The notes under the pieces: model-generated
Database searches by the model: none
What the model saw: only the letters and a program-made list of their open reading frames with translations
Told to the model about the DNA's origin: nothing
Translations under genes and position numbers: made by a program
Part shown: positions 1-12,700 of the stretch, in pieces
Layout: the number at the start of each line of letters is the position of its first letter
Numbering within the stretch: the first letter of the stretch is position 1
Assembly: GCF_037042905.1 (NCBI RefSeq)
Contig: NC_087251.1
Location: forward strand, 18,230,001 to 18,294,000
Source: Lytechinus pictus
Lineage: Eukaryota
Direction of reading: 5' to 3'
Length of the DNA: 64,000 nt

Positions 1-643
1 AGCCATTTGTCATTTGTTCTTTTATGAAATATGCAATTTATTGTGGAATGTAGAATGAATGTGAATTTAAAGGATGTGAATGAAGTGAATTTGAATTACA
101 TGTAAAATTAAAAACTGTATGCATGCATGATGTACTTATAATTGTAAATGACAAGTGCTTCTGAATTCTACAGGACACTGATTTTTTGTCTTTCTTTTAA
201 TCTAAATGTGTAAATCACTGTGTAGTTGTCGTATTTGATTATTTGCTGGTCATGTTTATGGTTTATGGTATGAAACTTGTTGCTGTAAGAAATTTTCACT
301 TATTTTGAAAAGGTATATCACAGGTGTATTAAAGGTAAATTCCGGGGCCTTTTGTTTATAATTCTTAAATCAATTCTTGATTGAAATACATGTATGAACA
401 ATTCCAAGCTATGGCATTAATTTCTTGCTTCTCAGCCAATTAAAAACAAGGAAAGTTGTCAGATCTTACAACTCGGAGGAAAAATGTTGATGAAACGCTC
501 TCCTGTTGGTTGTTGCTCTGTCAGCCAGTCCATTGGTCGGTCCGCCCTCACATAAAGGCAGGGGTTATTAATCAACTCCAGTAATATTTCTAGTCATTGA
601 TGTACTATAGAAATTTGTTTGTTTATTTCTGTTTTTGTGTTAG

Positions 644-781
644 ATCATCGACCAACATCCCATGGTTCTCCCTTGTATGGTCAACCAGCATGGTGGGGTG
701 AAAGTGAAGATCCTTCACCTGATGGTAGTAGTACTTCACCGGACGACCTGAGACCAAGAGCTGATACTTACTCAACTCAAG
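644..781 (+). CDS. CEP170: CEP170-like exon (PLYGQPAWWG motif)
   Basis: tag|ATC...CAAG|gtatac; phase 1 to phase 1. Confidence 0.88.
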
Positions 782-3700
782 GTATACATACCAAATATGC
801 CGTTTATTATAATGAAAAATATCATGATGCAACAGCTGTATGATAACACCCCAATGATGATAGAGATTATAAAGATGATGACAGTAAAAGTAAATTAAAT
901 TTTCATACATATTTATGGAGAAGATACAGAGAGAATCAACACAATTTTGTCACATTGCCAGTTTAGGGGCAGAATTCTAAGAGTTTCAAGTACCCCATTT
1001 CTCCCCAAATTGTTTTCCTTTACTGTGCAGGTTCATCAGACGACAACCACACGCTAGAATCACCGTCCCCTCACGAGCGACCTTCCAGACTTCCTTCCAA
1101 CGTGCCCGAACGGGACATCCCCGTCGTAATCTACAACCGCTCTGACCGCCGTCCCGTCCATCAAGAGACTCCGCCCCACCCCCAGCCCCAGGCGGAGATA
1201 ACCCTGATGGCGTCGAGTGAGAAGGCCATCGGCTTCACCATCGACTTTGGGAGCAACGATGATGCTGCCCCGAAGATGGCGAGGCCAGACAGCCTCCAGA
1301 ACTGCATTCCACAGAATGTGAGGCAGAAGATAGAGAAGAGCACACGTATGATGGAGGAGCTCAAGGCAGAGAGATTGATGAAGAAAAGCCAGGAGGAGGA
1401 AGCAGTCATGCAAGTTAGTCAAAATTTATTTTATCTTTAATCTACTTAGAATATTGATGATAAGACAAAACTTTCTTTAATAACACTTACTTTTAAAGGA
1501 GAACGAAAAATATGACAGCCACAACATGACAACACTGGAGCTAATGGGATGCTGTTTCATTTGACATGTTAGCCTGGATTCAATTGCTGTGAGAGAAATA
1601 TGTAATTTATATAAGATTTTATATGATAGATTTAGAACAAAAGAAATTTCCTCCAAATTTGATGTACAGGGTTTTGTCACTCAAGGGGCAATGTGTTAAA
1701 GAAGAAGGCCTTTATAGAAAGCAAGTCTTAAGAAAATCCTTATTTCTTTCCATTTTTGGTTTGGAACGGCTAAGCAGAGAATTGAGTTAAGACTCATGCT
1801 TCCTTAATGCATTGGAATATTGGGTTGGAGAATTAATCAGTTCAAACCCCTCGAACTTCCAGCACACTTAACAGATTCTAGAGCTGCATAAGGATAATGC
1901 TCATCTGTAATCTGAAATCTACCAAAAGATCATCACAAAGAAGGGAAGAACTGTCCCTGCCCAGAATCACTAATAGTATACTTTAGTCCTTGATAATGTA
2001 ATAAACATGTAATTAAAGACTGATAGACAACTAATATCTTAAACCTATATTTGTTTAAATAGACATGAGGGTAATAGATTCAACTTCCATAGCCTAAGAC
2101 ACACCTGTTCAGCTGTTCCTGTTGGGAGACTAATCCCATTGAAACCCTGCATGTAAGTGTTTATGGGATGAAACCTGACCTGACTTCATTGGCTCCATTG
2201 AAGATGATGATGGATTTTACAGAGTGATCCTCTGGGCAGGATCTCCACATTAGCCTTCTGATGCATAACCCCCTCCCCCTTTAACCCTCACTTGAACTTA
2301 TAGGCCCCCTGTAATACAATTCCTATTGTAAAACATAATTGACTTGCTCAAAGGAAGCAGGGAAAGGGTTAAACTGCTGAACTGGCATGGGGACCTCATG
2401 ACAACTAGGTTAGGGTGTAAAAAGTTTCATTTGGATATCAGATAAGAGGATAGAGATCAATCGATCTTGATATAGTCATTCAGAGGATAGGCCTTGCAAC
2501 AGAGAGCATTCATTTCTGGGCCAGTCTTGGATGTTAGTGTGTGTAATCAGTGTTTCTATCTGACTTTGGAGATGAGTATGTTTAGTATGCTGTTTATGAA
2601 AAAAGTAAGTAGTCATCTTTTGTTCATCTGTGACTAAGGAATTTGTAATCGCAGATGAGAGATAAAAATAAAGAAAAAAGTGATCTATTCTAATTTATTT
2701 TAGTTTCAGGTGTTACATCTTTTGTACATGGATCTCCTTACTAATCCAGAGTGAATGATAAAAAACAGTTCCAGAATGATAGATGATTTAATTTACTTGG
2801 AAAAAGTACAGTCTTGTGTGTATAACAACAAACTTCTTTTCTTGTTACTGTTATGATTTCTCACATTTTATATTCAATGATTTATTCGTAAAAAATATTT
2901 CCCTTATTATTTTCTTATGATACCAGAGCCCCAGGGCTTCTCCGCTGTCTTCAAGGACAGATGGATGGTCTGGGGTTGGACAAGGAGGACGTAGAACTCC
3001 CAAAGGTACACCAGAGACTCCATCACCAGGATATCAAGGTAGCGTTCAAGTTCATTCATTCATATCAAGGATACCACTTTTAAGACTAAAGTTGAAATTC
3101 CTACATTTGAACCATATTTTCAACCATAGAAATAGCACTTTTTGACCAAAATTGTTTATTCTGGAGGATTTTTTTTGATAATTTACAATATCACTCTAAT
3201 AGGTTTCCGTAGCAGATGATTTTGATGGCTAATGTATTCTATAGTTTCTGGCTTACTTTAAACCCTTGTCGCCAAGTAAGGTGTTAAATATGACTTAAAT
3301 AAGTTCAAATAGGATAATGTCTCCTAGACCTCATATACAGTAGTTTCTTTCAATGTGCATTTTTATGATAGCTGTATGATTCTTTTTGTGTAAGGTGAAT
3401 GCAAATCTACATTTGGTGTTTTCTTTAAATTATGCTATCAGTAATATCCTTTATTGTAATCATCAGTACTGTTGCTTGGATATTAGAGTAGCCAATCAGC
3501 TTGATTTTTCTATTTCATTTGTACAGGAGATGTAAATTTCCAGCAAATGCAGCGCAAGAACAAGAGCTCCAATTGTCTTTCAGAACCTCTCCCTCCAACC
3601 AACCTTCGCCAAAGAACTTTTGTCAAGTCCAGTCACAAATCCAAGCCCAACCAGGGCTCGCCAAGCCCAATCACAGCGGTCAGTCCTGGGATAGACACTG

Positions 3701-6700
3701 AAGAGGACTCCCAGTACCAGGATGATGTGGAAGGTGAGGTGGATGGAGGAGGAGGGGATGACGTCAGTGAGACAGGAACCTACACCATCGAGAGTGACTC
3801 CCAGTCCAAGGAAGTCCAGGAGGCCAGGGAGAGGATTGATGAGGAGTTTGGGGTCGAGATCGAGGAAAAGGTACCCAGTGATGATGATACGGACAAGGAT
3901 GTAGGGGATGAAGAGATGGAGGAGGAGGAGGTGTTTACAGGAAAACAAAATGGTGGAACCAGACTGGATAAAGTAGGACCCGGTTTGAGAGTCAGAGGAG
4001 ATGGAAGTAGCAGGACAGCAGTTGATAAAATTGATGATATTGAAGGAAAGGTAAGAAAATGTTTCGTTTTCATAGAGAACTCACAGAATAATCAAGCCGA
4101 AGTGCGATTGTTGTTGCATATGATAAAAATTTGGAGGTTAATAAGTTGCTTGGATGCTTGATTTTTGTATGCACTATTTGGATTATCATTTATACATGTT
4201 TTATTATGTAATTTCAATTGAAATTCTTGATAATCATTAGAAAATATGTATCAGAGATTTTTGTAGGTGCTAGCATTTAGTCGGTTTCCACCATAAATGC
4301 ATGCCATGAATATAACATCTTAAATCAATTGGCAGAAGTAATAGTGTAGGGTATTTCAAGTTTGGCATGGGAAAGACTTGCTCAAAGAAGAATATTGCAC
4401 CACCTATCACTCAAATTTCAGCACCCAATCCCAAACCTTGGCAAGCACTGCAATTCTCTAGGATCTGTTACATTTTAGCAAGAAAGGGGGAAGCGAGGGG
4501 GAGACAAGATGCTAAGCATTGCTAATTCGCTGTCAAAACAATTTTCAGTGAAAAATTTATGCCGGATTAGAGACCATCAACATATGGAATAAGTAAAATT
4601 TGATGAATAGAAATCTAGTTTATAAAATTTAAAGATAAATCATTTCAGTAATTGGTGGTTTATGTAAGATAGGAATTGCTGATCTGTAGACTCTTACAGT
4701 GTTCAGTACAAAAAATGTTCAGACTTGATAATTAGGCAAAGATACACTTTGTATGATTGAATGGATTGATGAAATAGTATCAAAATTTCTTTTATTTCTT
4801 CATGTTTAAGGGGCAAGATGTGGTCACATTACCACTTATATGCAATTAACAAAGCTCTCGTAATTCTTTTCCATGAAAAAGGGTGTTGGCTAAACCTATA
4901 TGAATACTAACGAAAATAACATTAATAGTTGGTTTATTCACCATTGAGCTCAAGAGCTCCCCTCTGTGTGAATATACATAGTGGAGTATGTATATGGAAC
5001 TGTATTAATAATAGTTCCTTTTCAACATTCAAGAGTTATTAAGTAAATAGAATTATCTAATTTCTTTTTTGCAAGAAAAGGAAAATTTATATAATAATTT
5101 TTTGTAACAACTATTTGAACTATGAAATGCATGTATATTGAATACTTGAAATATTTCTCTATGTTCTAAATCAGTTGGCATGCATTTGTTCACTTTTTTC
5201 ATAATCTGCATATTCTATGTGACAGTGAATGTAAATGTGACTTCCATTATATACTGGTATACATACAGTATGCAACCGTCACAATTTTTTTTAGTGTCAT
5301 ATTGTGACATTCTGTGTGAGTGACAAATGGATCCATTTATATCCAGGGGATTTGGGAGCTACTTGTTCAATAGAATGACACTGCTGCCCATGAGATTGAT
5401 TATACAAGTAAATATTAACCTACCCCCAAAAAAATAAATAAAAGAAAATGTTATATTATTGTGAAAATAGGGCTTCAAGATATTTGCATGTATGTGAGTA
5501 CATGTACATGATATAATGCTTCTAGATAATTATTTTTTCATTTTTTTGTTGTTATCTAATGTGTCACAAAGTTTGCAGATTATTTTCTGAGGAAAAATGT
5601 TGTTAGCTTGAGGCATGAATTGAGCAAGGGTAAATCAGTCCTGGAGCTTTGTTTTATTATTTTTTTAACATGGAATTATTTTTTTAAATGTATGTATATT
5701 TTTACAATTTAAGTCATGTCTATGTTGGGTTTTTTTTTCATCAAAAATATAATGTAAACTAAAATGGTATTCTTTCTGATATTTTAAATTGTGAAGTTAT
5801 AGGACCTTAAAAAACAAAAACAAAGTGGTCTGATGCAAAAGTGCTCCTTGATCACTGGTTCAACTTCCTTGTGCAAACTTTTTCTTATCCAGCATAAAGG
5901 TGGACCAGGAACTCCACAGTGGGTTCAGCAGTGGGCTACCATGACCACCAACTCTGCCCTCCCAACAGAGCAGCACCTGCCACCTGACAGGTTAGCATCA
6001 CCTGACAGACATGGGTCACCTGACCAAATCATCGATGGCTATGAGGCTGAACAATCTTCCAGGATTACTGACAGAGGTAAGGAGTCTCATGAATGATTCA
6101 AACTTCCCTTTTAATCATCCCCTCCATAGGAGGGGATCAGATTGTGAGGGGTAAAACCTTATGTGTACATATGTTGACATCTATTGATCTCTCTATTCAG
6201 TTTGGATTAAGCCTGAAAGGAAGTATTGGTAAATTTAATTCATTTAAAATAGAAAAATAAATGTGAATAGTAGAAAGAATGAAAAACTAAAAAAAATTGT
6301 ATTAAATCATCTTTTTAAAGTGTTTTTATACAAAAATGAGGAGGAAATTATTTGATGAAGAGTTCAACGTTCCCCTTTTATTTCTTGTTGCTTTCATTTT
6401 TCATTTATTTACATGTTAGTTCATTTAGTAATTAATTCCTTTCATTTCTCTCCTTTTTTCTCTCTTGCCGTTCTCCCTTCTTTGTCTATTTTGTTCATGA
6501 ATGTTCATGACCTATTGTGTTGAGAGGGAAAGATAATGGGATTGCCCATACCATAATCTGTCTCATTGCCATGGTAATCTTGCAATGTTAGAATGATGTT
6601 ATGTTTACTCACTCAATCCCACTGGGCCCCTGGTTTGAGAACATCACATATGCATGTGGAATCTGTTCCTGTTTGACAATTACTCATCTTTCTTATCAGA

Positions 6701-9700
6701 TCATGAAAGAAGAAGGAAATGTGCAACCATGAAACCCAACATTGGCAATCACCATACAATGCCAACATCTTCCAATTGTATAGTCTAGGACACATGCTGA
6801 AATGCCTTTTTTTATATTGAAGTTGATTTTAATGTGGATATTGTCTTGAACTTTTACCAAGTGTATCATATAGGATAACTAGTCAAAGTTTTTATATCTT
6901 CCTCATTTTGCATTATACTGATACTGATATACTGTGGAAACAATCAAATTTTATTAGAAGTGTTTATTAATTTTCCTTTGTAATTTTATTTAAAAATAGA
7001 AAAAATGTGTAAGTAATTAGTGAGAGAGGCGGCATCAGTGGGAATTAGGTTCAGTTTAAAACTTAAGATAATGTTAGTTTTCTTTGTTCAGACTTTTAAT
7101 CTTCATAACAAGATTCTTCATGGGCATTCAACATACAGATGGTGAGGCGCGGGGTAGTTACACCCACCCCCAAGGTTTCACTACTGAGAGGGGGGAAAAA
7201 GAAGAAGAAAAGGAAAGAACACTCAGTTATTTTCAGGATGTGTCAAAAATTTCAAATTGTTTTTTGCTCACCTACAACTATTTAGAAATCCCGCACACCA
7301 TATTCTGCCCCCTCAATGTTTTTTTTTTGGTACTCATTTCACCTTTGCACATTTTACCTGATGCCTTCTGTTTTCTTGCTTCTTCCATACAATATTCATG
7401 CTTTTTTTGCGATTTTAATCAATACTGCATAAAAAAGTGAATTCAACAAAAGAAGTGCATGTCAAGTGCAGTTTGCAGTTAGCCCATACTTAAAATTTTT
7501 CAATTTGAAAAATTCTTAAATAGAAAAGGTAAGGCTGCCCTGACTCATTTGAACTCTAGAGGAGACAAGATATAAATAGATATAGGAAGCTTCTAAATTT
7601 GTCTGTGGGTACAAGCCGGCAAAGGCAGCCATGCAGCAATGTACAAGTAGAATCTGTGTAGTGCTATCACTCCACAGGCGTGCGGCTTGCCTTCAGGTAT
7701 AGAGGGTCTGTTCCCATTGCAGTGGCCTTTGATCACAAGTTGGTCATGTTGAAGTGTACAACTTTTGTGATTCTACAGGAGATCATGAAGCTGATTTGTG
7801 TTGAGTGTTTGTATGATGAGGACTCTGAGATGAATATGTATTTTGTTTCTTTACGTGGTGCTATCTTCATGATCTTTGGAAGTGAGAATGAGCCTTTGGA
7901 GTGAGATATGAAGCAGAGGAAATGGATAAAGCCATGGAGAGGGAGGTGCCCTGACCGTAGCAGGGGTGCTTGATTTCCTGCGACAATAGCTAGAGACTCT
8001 CACTGATTCAAACACAGCATGTCATCTGCTAGTGTGTTAATAGAACCCCCCACTAGGTGAGGTTTCATGACGGAGACCAGAGAGGAGATGTTAAGACATT
8101 TAGGGGGAAGAAGAAAGGATGTGAGAGATTTCCTCCCGGGAAGCTGTTTTAAGGACAGATGCTTTAATGCAGGGACCTGACTCTTTAGTTGAATTACTCA
8201 TCGTTGATACGTGCAATATATCTGTGTTGTTCTTGAAAGCAAACTATACATGTTATTGGATGGTTGGAGTAATGGAGTAATAACAGCTTTTAGGCATCAT
8301 CAAATCATGTGACTTTGTTCATTATCTTGTGGGAGCGTTGGTGCAGGGACTTGTGTATATATGATAGCCATTTCGATGCCTTGTGGATATGCTTGTAAAC
8401 TACCAGGTTGGATTTATATATGGATATAAAGTGATTGTGGTTATTTAGTTGTATCTGCAATAAGTTTCTGTGATTTTTTGGTCATTTTTTCTTGCATTAT
8501 TTAGTATGCATCTCTACTGCAAATGCTCTTTAACCTTACACAAATGGTGAAGAATAAGTTCTATGCACAGAGGACTTAATGGTCTGAATAAAAGGTTTGT
8601 AATTGATGACTTCCTTAATCCATATATATTACTTACAGAGGTTTTTCATTCTGTAATATTTAATTTGGACGGTGTGTAGATGATATTAAGAGCTTATCTT
8701 TGAAAATAAAGGTTTAAACAAGTAACATTTATAATTTTAATGAAAGTTTCATCCCTTCTTACATTTGATAATACGTGAAGATTATTTAAGTAATTGTTTT
8801 GGAGGGTGAGTACAAGTTTACTTTTGTTTGTATGTTTTCATATTTCAGATGATCATCTGAGCAAGAAGCCACCATCAGGTACCAGAGTGCAAACATCTAC
8901 ACCCAGGACAGCACCTCTCCAATCACCGGATTCTTCCAGTCCAAGAGGATCTAGAGGGAAACGTATTCTGCCAACGACGCCTGCCGAGAAGCTTCAGACT
9001 GTTCGGCAGTCCTCCACGTCCAGCAGTTCTGAGCATACCATGAGACAAAATGGCTTTCAGGCCTCCAATTCCAGTGCCTTTCACAGCCCTAGAAACCGTG
9101 CCATAGAACAGCAACAGCAGCAAGAACAGCAACGCTATCTGCAAGACAGAGGCATGGAGGAAAAGGCTTTTGGAAAGAGGAGACAGCTTCATGGTAGCTC
9201 TGATCCTATCGTTCCAATGGGTTACCAGGAAGAGGAGGCACGGAGAGACTCTTGGGGGCCAGAGGGAAGCATGGATACTGATGTCCTTTTGAAAGACACT
9301 GAGACCTTGATGAGGAATCTTGAAGAGAGGATGCGGACAAAGCGTCAGGATACTCCATCTCCGGAGATGTCAGACTCTCATGATATGCCACATGATATAT
9401 CGCAAGATATCTCTGTAGTGTCATTTGAAGCAGATGTAGATACTGATGTTGATACTGCAAGTAATGTGAGTTTAGTTGGAGGAAATAACACATGGGCAGG
9501 AAGTAAGAGCAGGCACTACTCTTGTCCTGAGGATAATACCACATCCGAACATTCACATTATACTAATGGAAGGCAGAAGGTTGCCAGAAGTGTAGAAAAG
9601 CCAAGAACAACTCAAGCAGATACACAGAATAGATCAAGTGGAAATAAAACTGCTCCTGCACCAGCTAAAGGTGGTATATGGAGTAGGCTGTCCACACCTA

Positions 9701-12700
9701 ACAAACACAAGATGCAGCCTGCAGAGAAAGAACCTGAATCTGTAAGTGACACTGAACATTCCTTCAGAAGAAACACTCACCTGACAAGTTCATTACCTAC
9801 AGGCAGGATATCAAACCGAACGGTATCAAGAGGAACGTCAGAAAATACCAAAGCAGTTAAAAAGCCCAAAAGTCTCAAACCCCCACCCAATTTATCACAG
9901 CCACGCCAAACTCGTAGCACCATGTTACGCAAGAGTAGATTCAGTGAAGACTCTGGCGCTGACCACAGTGACATCAGTCCCAGTTCTAGCATGTCAGATC
10001 TGAGCTCTTCCAAAAACTTTCGGCGTGGTGGATCAATGCGAGAAACCCGTAGTGGGGCTGTCTCTGATTCAGGTCGACGCACACCAGTGGAAAGAGGTAG
10101 GGGGAGAACTTCTGCATCTAGTGCCAGGAATGGAGACTCAAGTGCAAGGACAGACCATAGTCTTGGATCCCAGATTGCTCGACATGCCCGCACCCAGTCC
10201 ATACAGGATCAGAAAACAAAGACTGCAGAGCCAAGGTCACGTCTTCCAACTTCTGCGTCCCACAATCGCACTCCATCTGGGAACTTATCCCGCAAAAGTT
10301 CTATTGGATCAACAGACAGTAATGTCAGTGGTGTCAGGAAAACTTCATCGGGTGCCTGGAGAAGGTACGACACGGCGGATGACTCGGACCATGATGTAGA
10401 CAACTACATCAAGAACGTCAGTACTCGTCGCACAACAACACAGAACCACCAGAGCGAGGAGAGGCAGCAGGCACCAGTCATCCAGAGGCAGAAGTCCAGT
10501 TCCTTGCAGAACCTTCAGTCCTCTCCACCAAGGACATCACCAACGAGGAAACCACCCAATCTGCGGGTTGAGATTGCTCAGGCCAGTAACACCTTAGCTC
10601 AGAACCTTCAAAGGTTAGCTCAGGGAGAATCCATCAATGAGATTCAAATAGACAGGATTCCAAAAGAACAGGTAAGACACACTTGATATTATCAATGTCA
10701 TTAAACCCTCTCTTTATTGTTATTTTCACACACAATGTTCATCAGAATAAATGTTTTTCAGATTTTCCAAGAACAGTTCATTGATCTCCTTGATCATCGG
10801 GCAGAGGCAACAGAATAATTGGGCTCAGATGATGAAAGTTGAAGGGATGGTCCAGGCTGAAAATATTTATATCTTAATACATAGAGTAGAATTCACTGAG
10901 CAAAATGCCGAAAATTTCATCTAAATCGGATAAATAATAAAGTTATTGAAGTTTAAAGTTTAGCAATATTTTGTGAAAACAGTCGTCATGAATATTCATT
11001 AGGTGGGCTGATGATGTCACATCCCCACTTTCTGTTTTCTTATGTTATTACGTAAAATCAAATTTTTGTCATTATTTCATACTTGTGTGAATAAGATGTC
11101 TCCCTTATAATGAAATAAGTTGCAGCAATAAATATCTAAAGGCCACCGCACACCTTACGACCCGACTGGTCTACGACTGGCTTGCGACTGAGTGAGGGGA
11201 GATGAATCGCAAGGTAGTCATAAGCCTCGACACCGCACACCTTGCGATCCGATCTGCGACTCACGCATGCGCTTTTTGCTTTTTGGCATAGCGACTGAGA
11301 AAGCACGCTTACTACTGCGTATGCGCGTTGTTTATCATATACGCGTCGTGCAACTCTACTGTCTGATTGGCTGGAAGTTGGATTGAGCTTGCGATCCAGT
11401 CATAAGGATTCGACATGTCAAATCCTTCTGATTTTCCTTGCGACTTGTCTCTGACCGGTCTGCGACGCGCAAGCTGACAAGAGCCGTGACGTCACATCTC
11501 CCCTCACTCAGTCGCAAGCCAGTCGCCGACCAGTCGGGTCGTAAGGTGTGCGGTGGCCTTAATGCACTAAATCAGTTGTCAATCCAATTTTTCTAGTTCT
11601 TGGAGGAAAAAAATTGAATAAACCTAATTTCATATAATAAAATACAAAAGAACAAGTGGGGATGTGACATCATCAGCCCACCTAATGAATATTCATGACG
11701 ACTGTTTTCACAAAATATTGCTAACCTTTAAAATTCAATAACTTTGTTATTTGTTATCCGATTTTGATGAAATTTTCTGCATTTTGCTCAGTGAATTCTA
11801 CTCTATTTATTAAGTTCTAAATACTTTCAGCCTGGACCATCCCTTGAAGGGGCAAATTTATGCATCAACCAAAAAGTTCCCTTCCACTTTCATTGATCGA
11901 GATTGATGTTTTGCTGTCTCTGTCATCGGGTACATGCAATGGTCTATACAGTAACTAGAATGAAAAAAGTGAAACTGATGTACCTGATGTTATCTATATT
12001 TGGGTTTTCTTTCTTCACCCATATTCTGCTCTAAATCGAGCTCCTTTTTACACAAATTTCACTATAAACCAAGCTCCTTTTACTAGTTGAAAAGGCCACT
12101 TCTGACAGTGCAAATATATGAATCACCAGTGAGCAGCGTTGATAAAAATCTTAACTTTACCAAACCAGATGGAAGCCTTTTTGCTGTTTTTTTTAATAGA
12201 TATTATCATTGAATGATCATTTACTTCATGATGGCTCGATTTTACACTTTTCATTTAGTTGACAGACCCGGTCTTTATAGAATAGAATCTTATTGCTCTG
12301 TTTGATTTAATAAATTCATTCTCCTTTGAAAACCTGTGGTTTTTAGTCATGTTGAAGGATGTTTGCTTAGTTCATCAGCACAAGGACAATGAGTTTATAC
12401 CCAATTGTAAGGTCTTTGGAAATGAGTTTGGCTTGTTTGTTTTTGCTAGAAACATCCATATTCCAAACCTCCTGTCAAAAGTTGCAGAATTTGAGAAAAA
12501 AAATCAGAGAAATTATTAGGCCCAAGACCTACTGTATTGATTCTTTGTAGTGAAATCCACTTCAACATTATTTACGATGATTTATTGTATTATACACCTA
12601 TATCCTTTAGTTATCTGGATTATAATTTGTGTGTGGGGGGGGGGGGATTAATTATGAGCATTCTTGATCATAAAGTAGGAGCTATGGTGCCATAACAAAA

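Noticed and set aside
7560..8400. Purine/GC-richer stretch as an alternative first coding exon of CEP170
   Set aside because: The best donor (8057) gives the wrong phase or a stop in the needed frame. A non-coding first exon cannot be excluded but is unsupported.
11192..11386. ORF inside the GC-rich MITE
   Set aside because: No transposase similarity; a chance ORF in a non-autonomous element.
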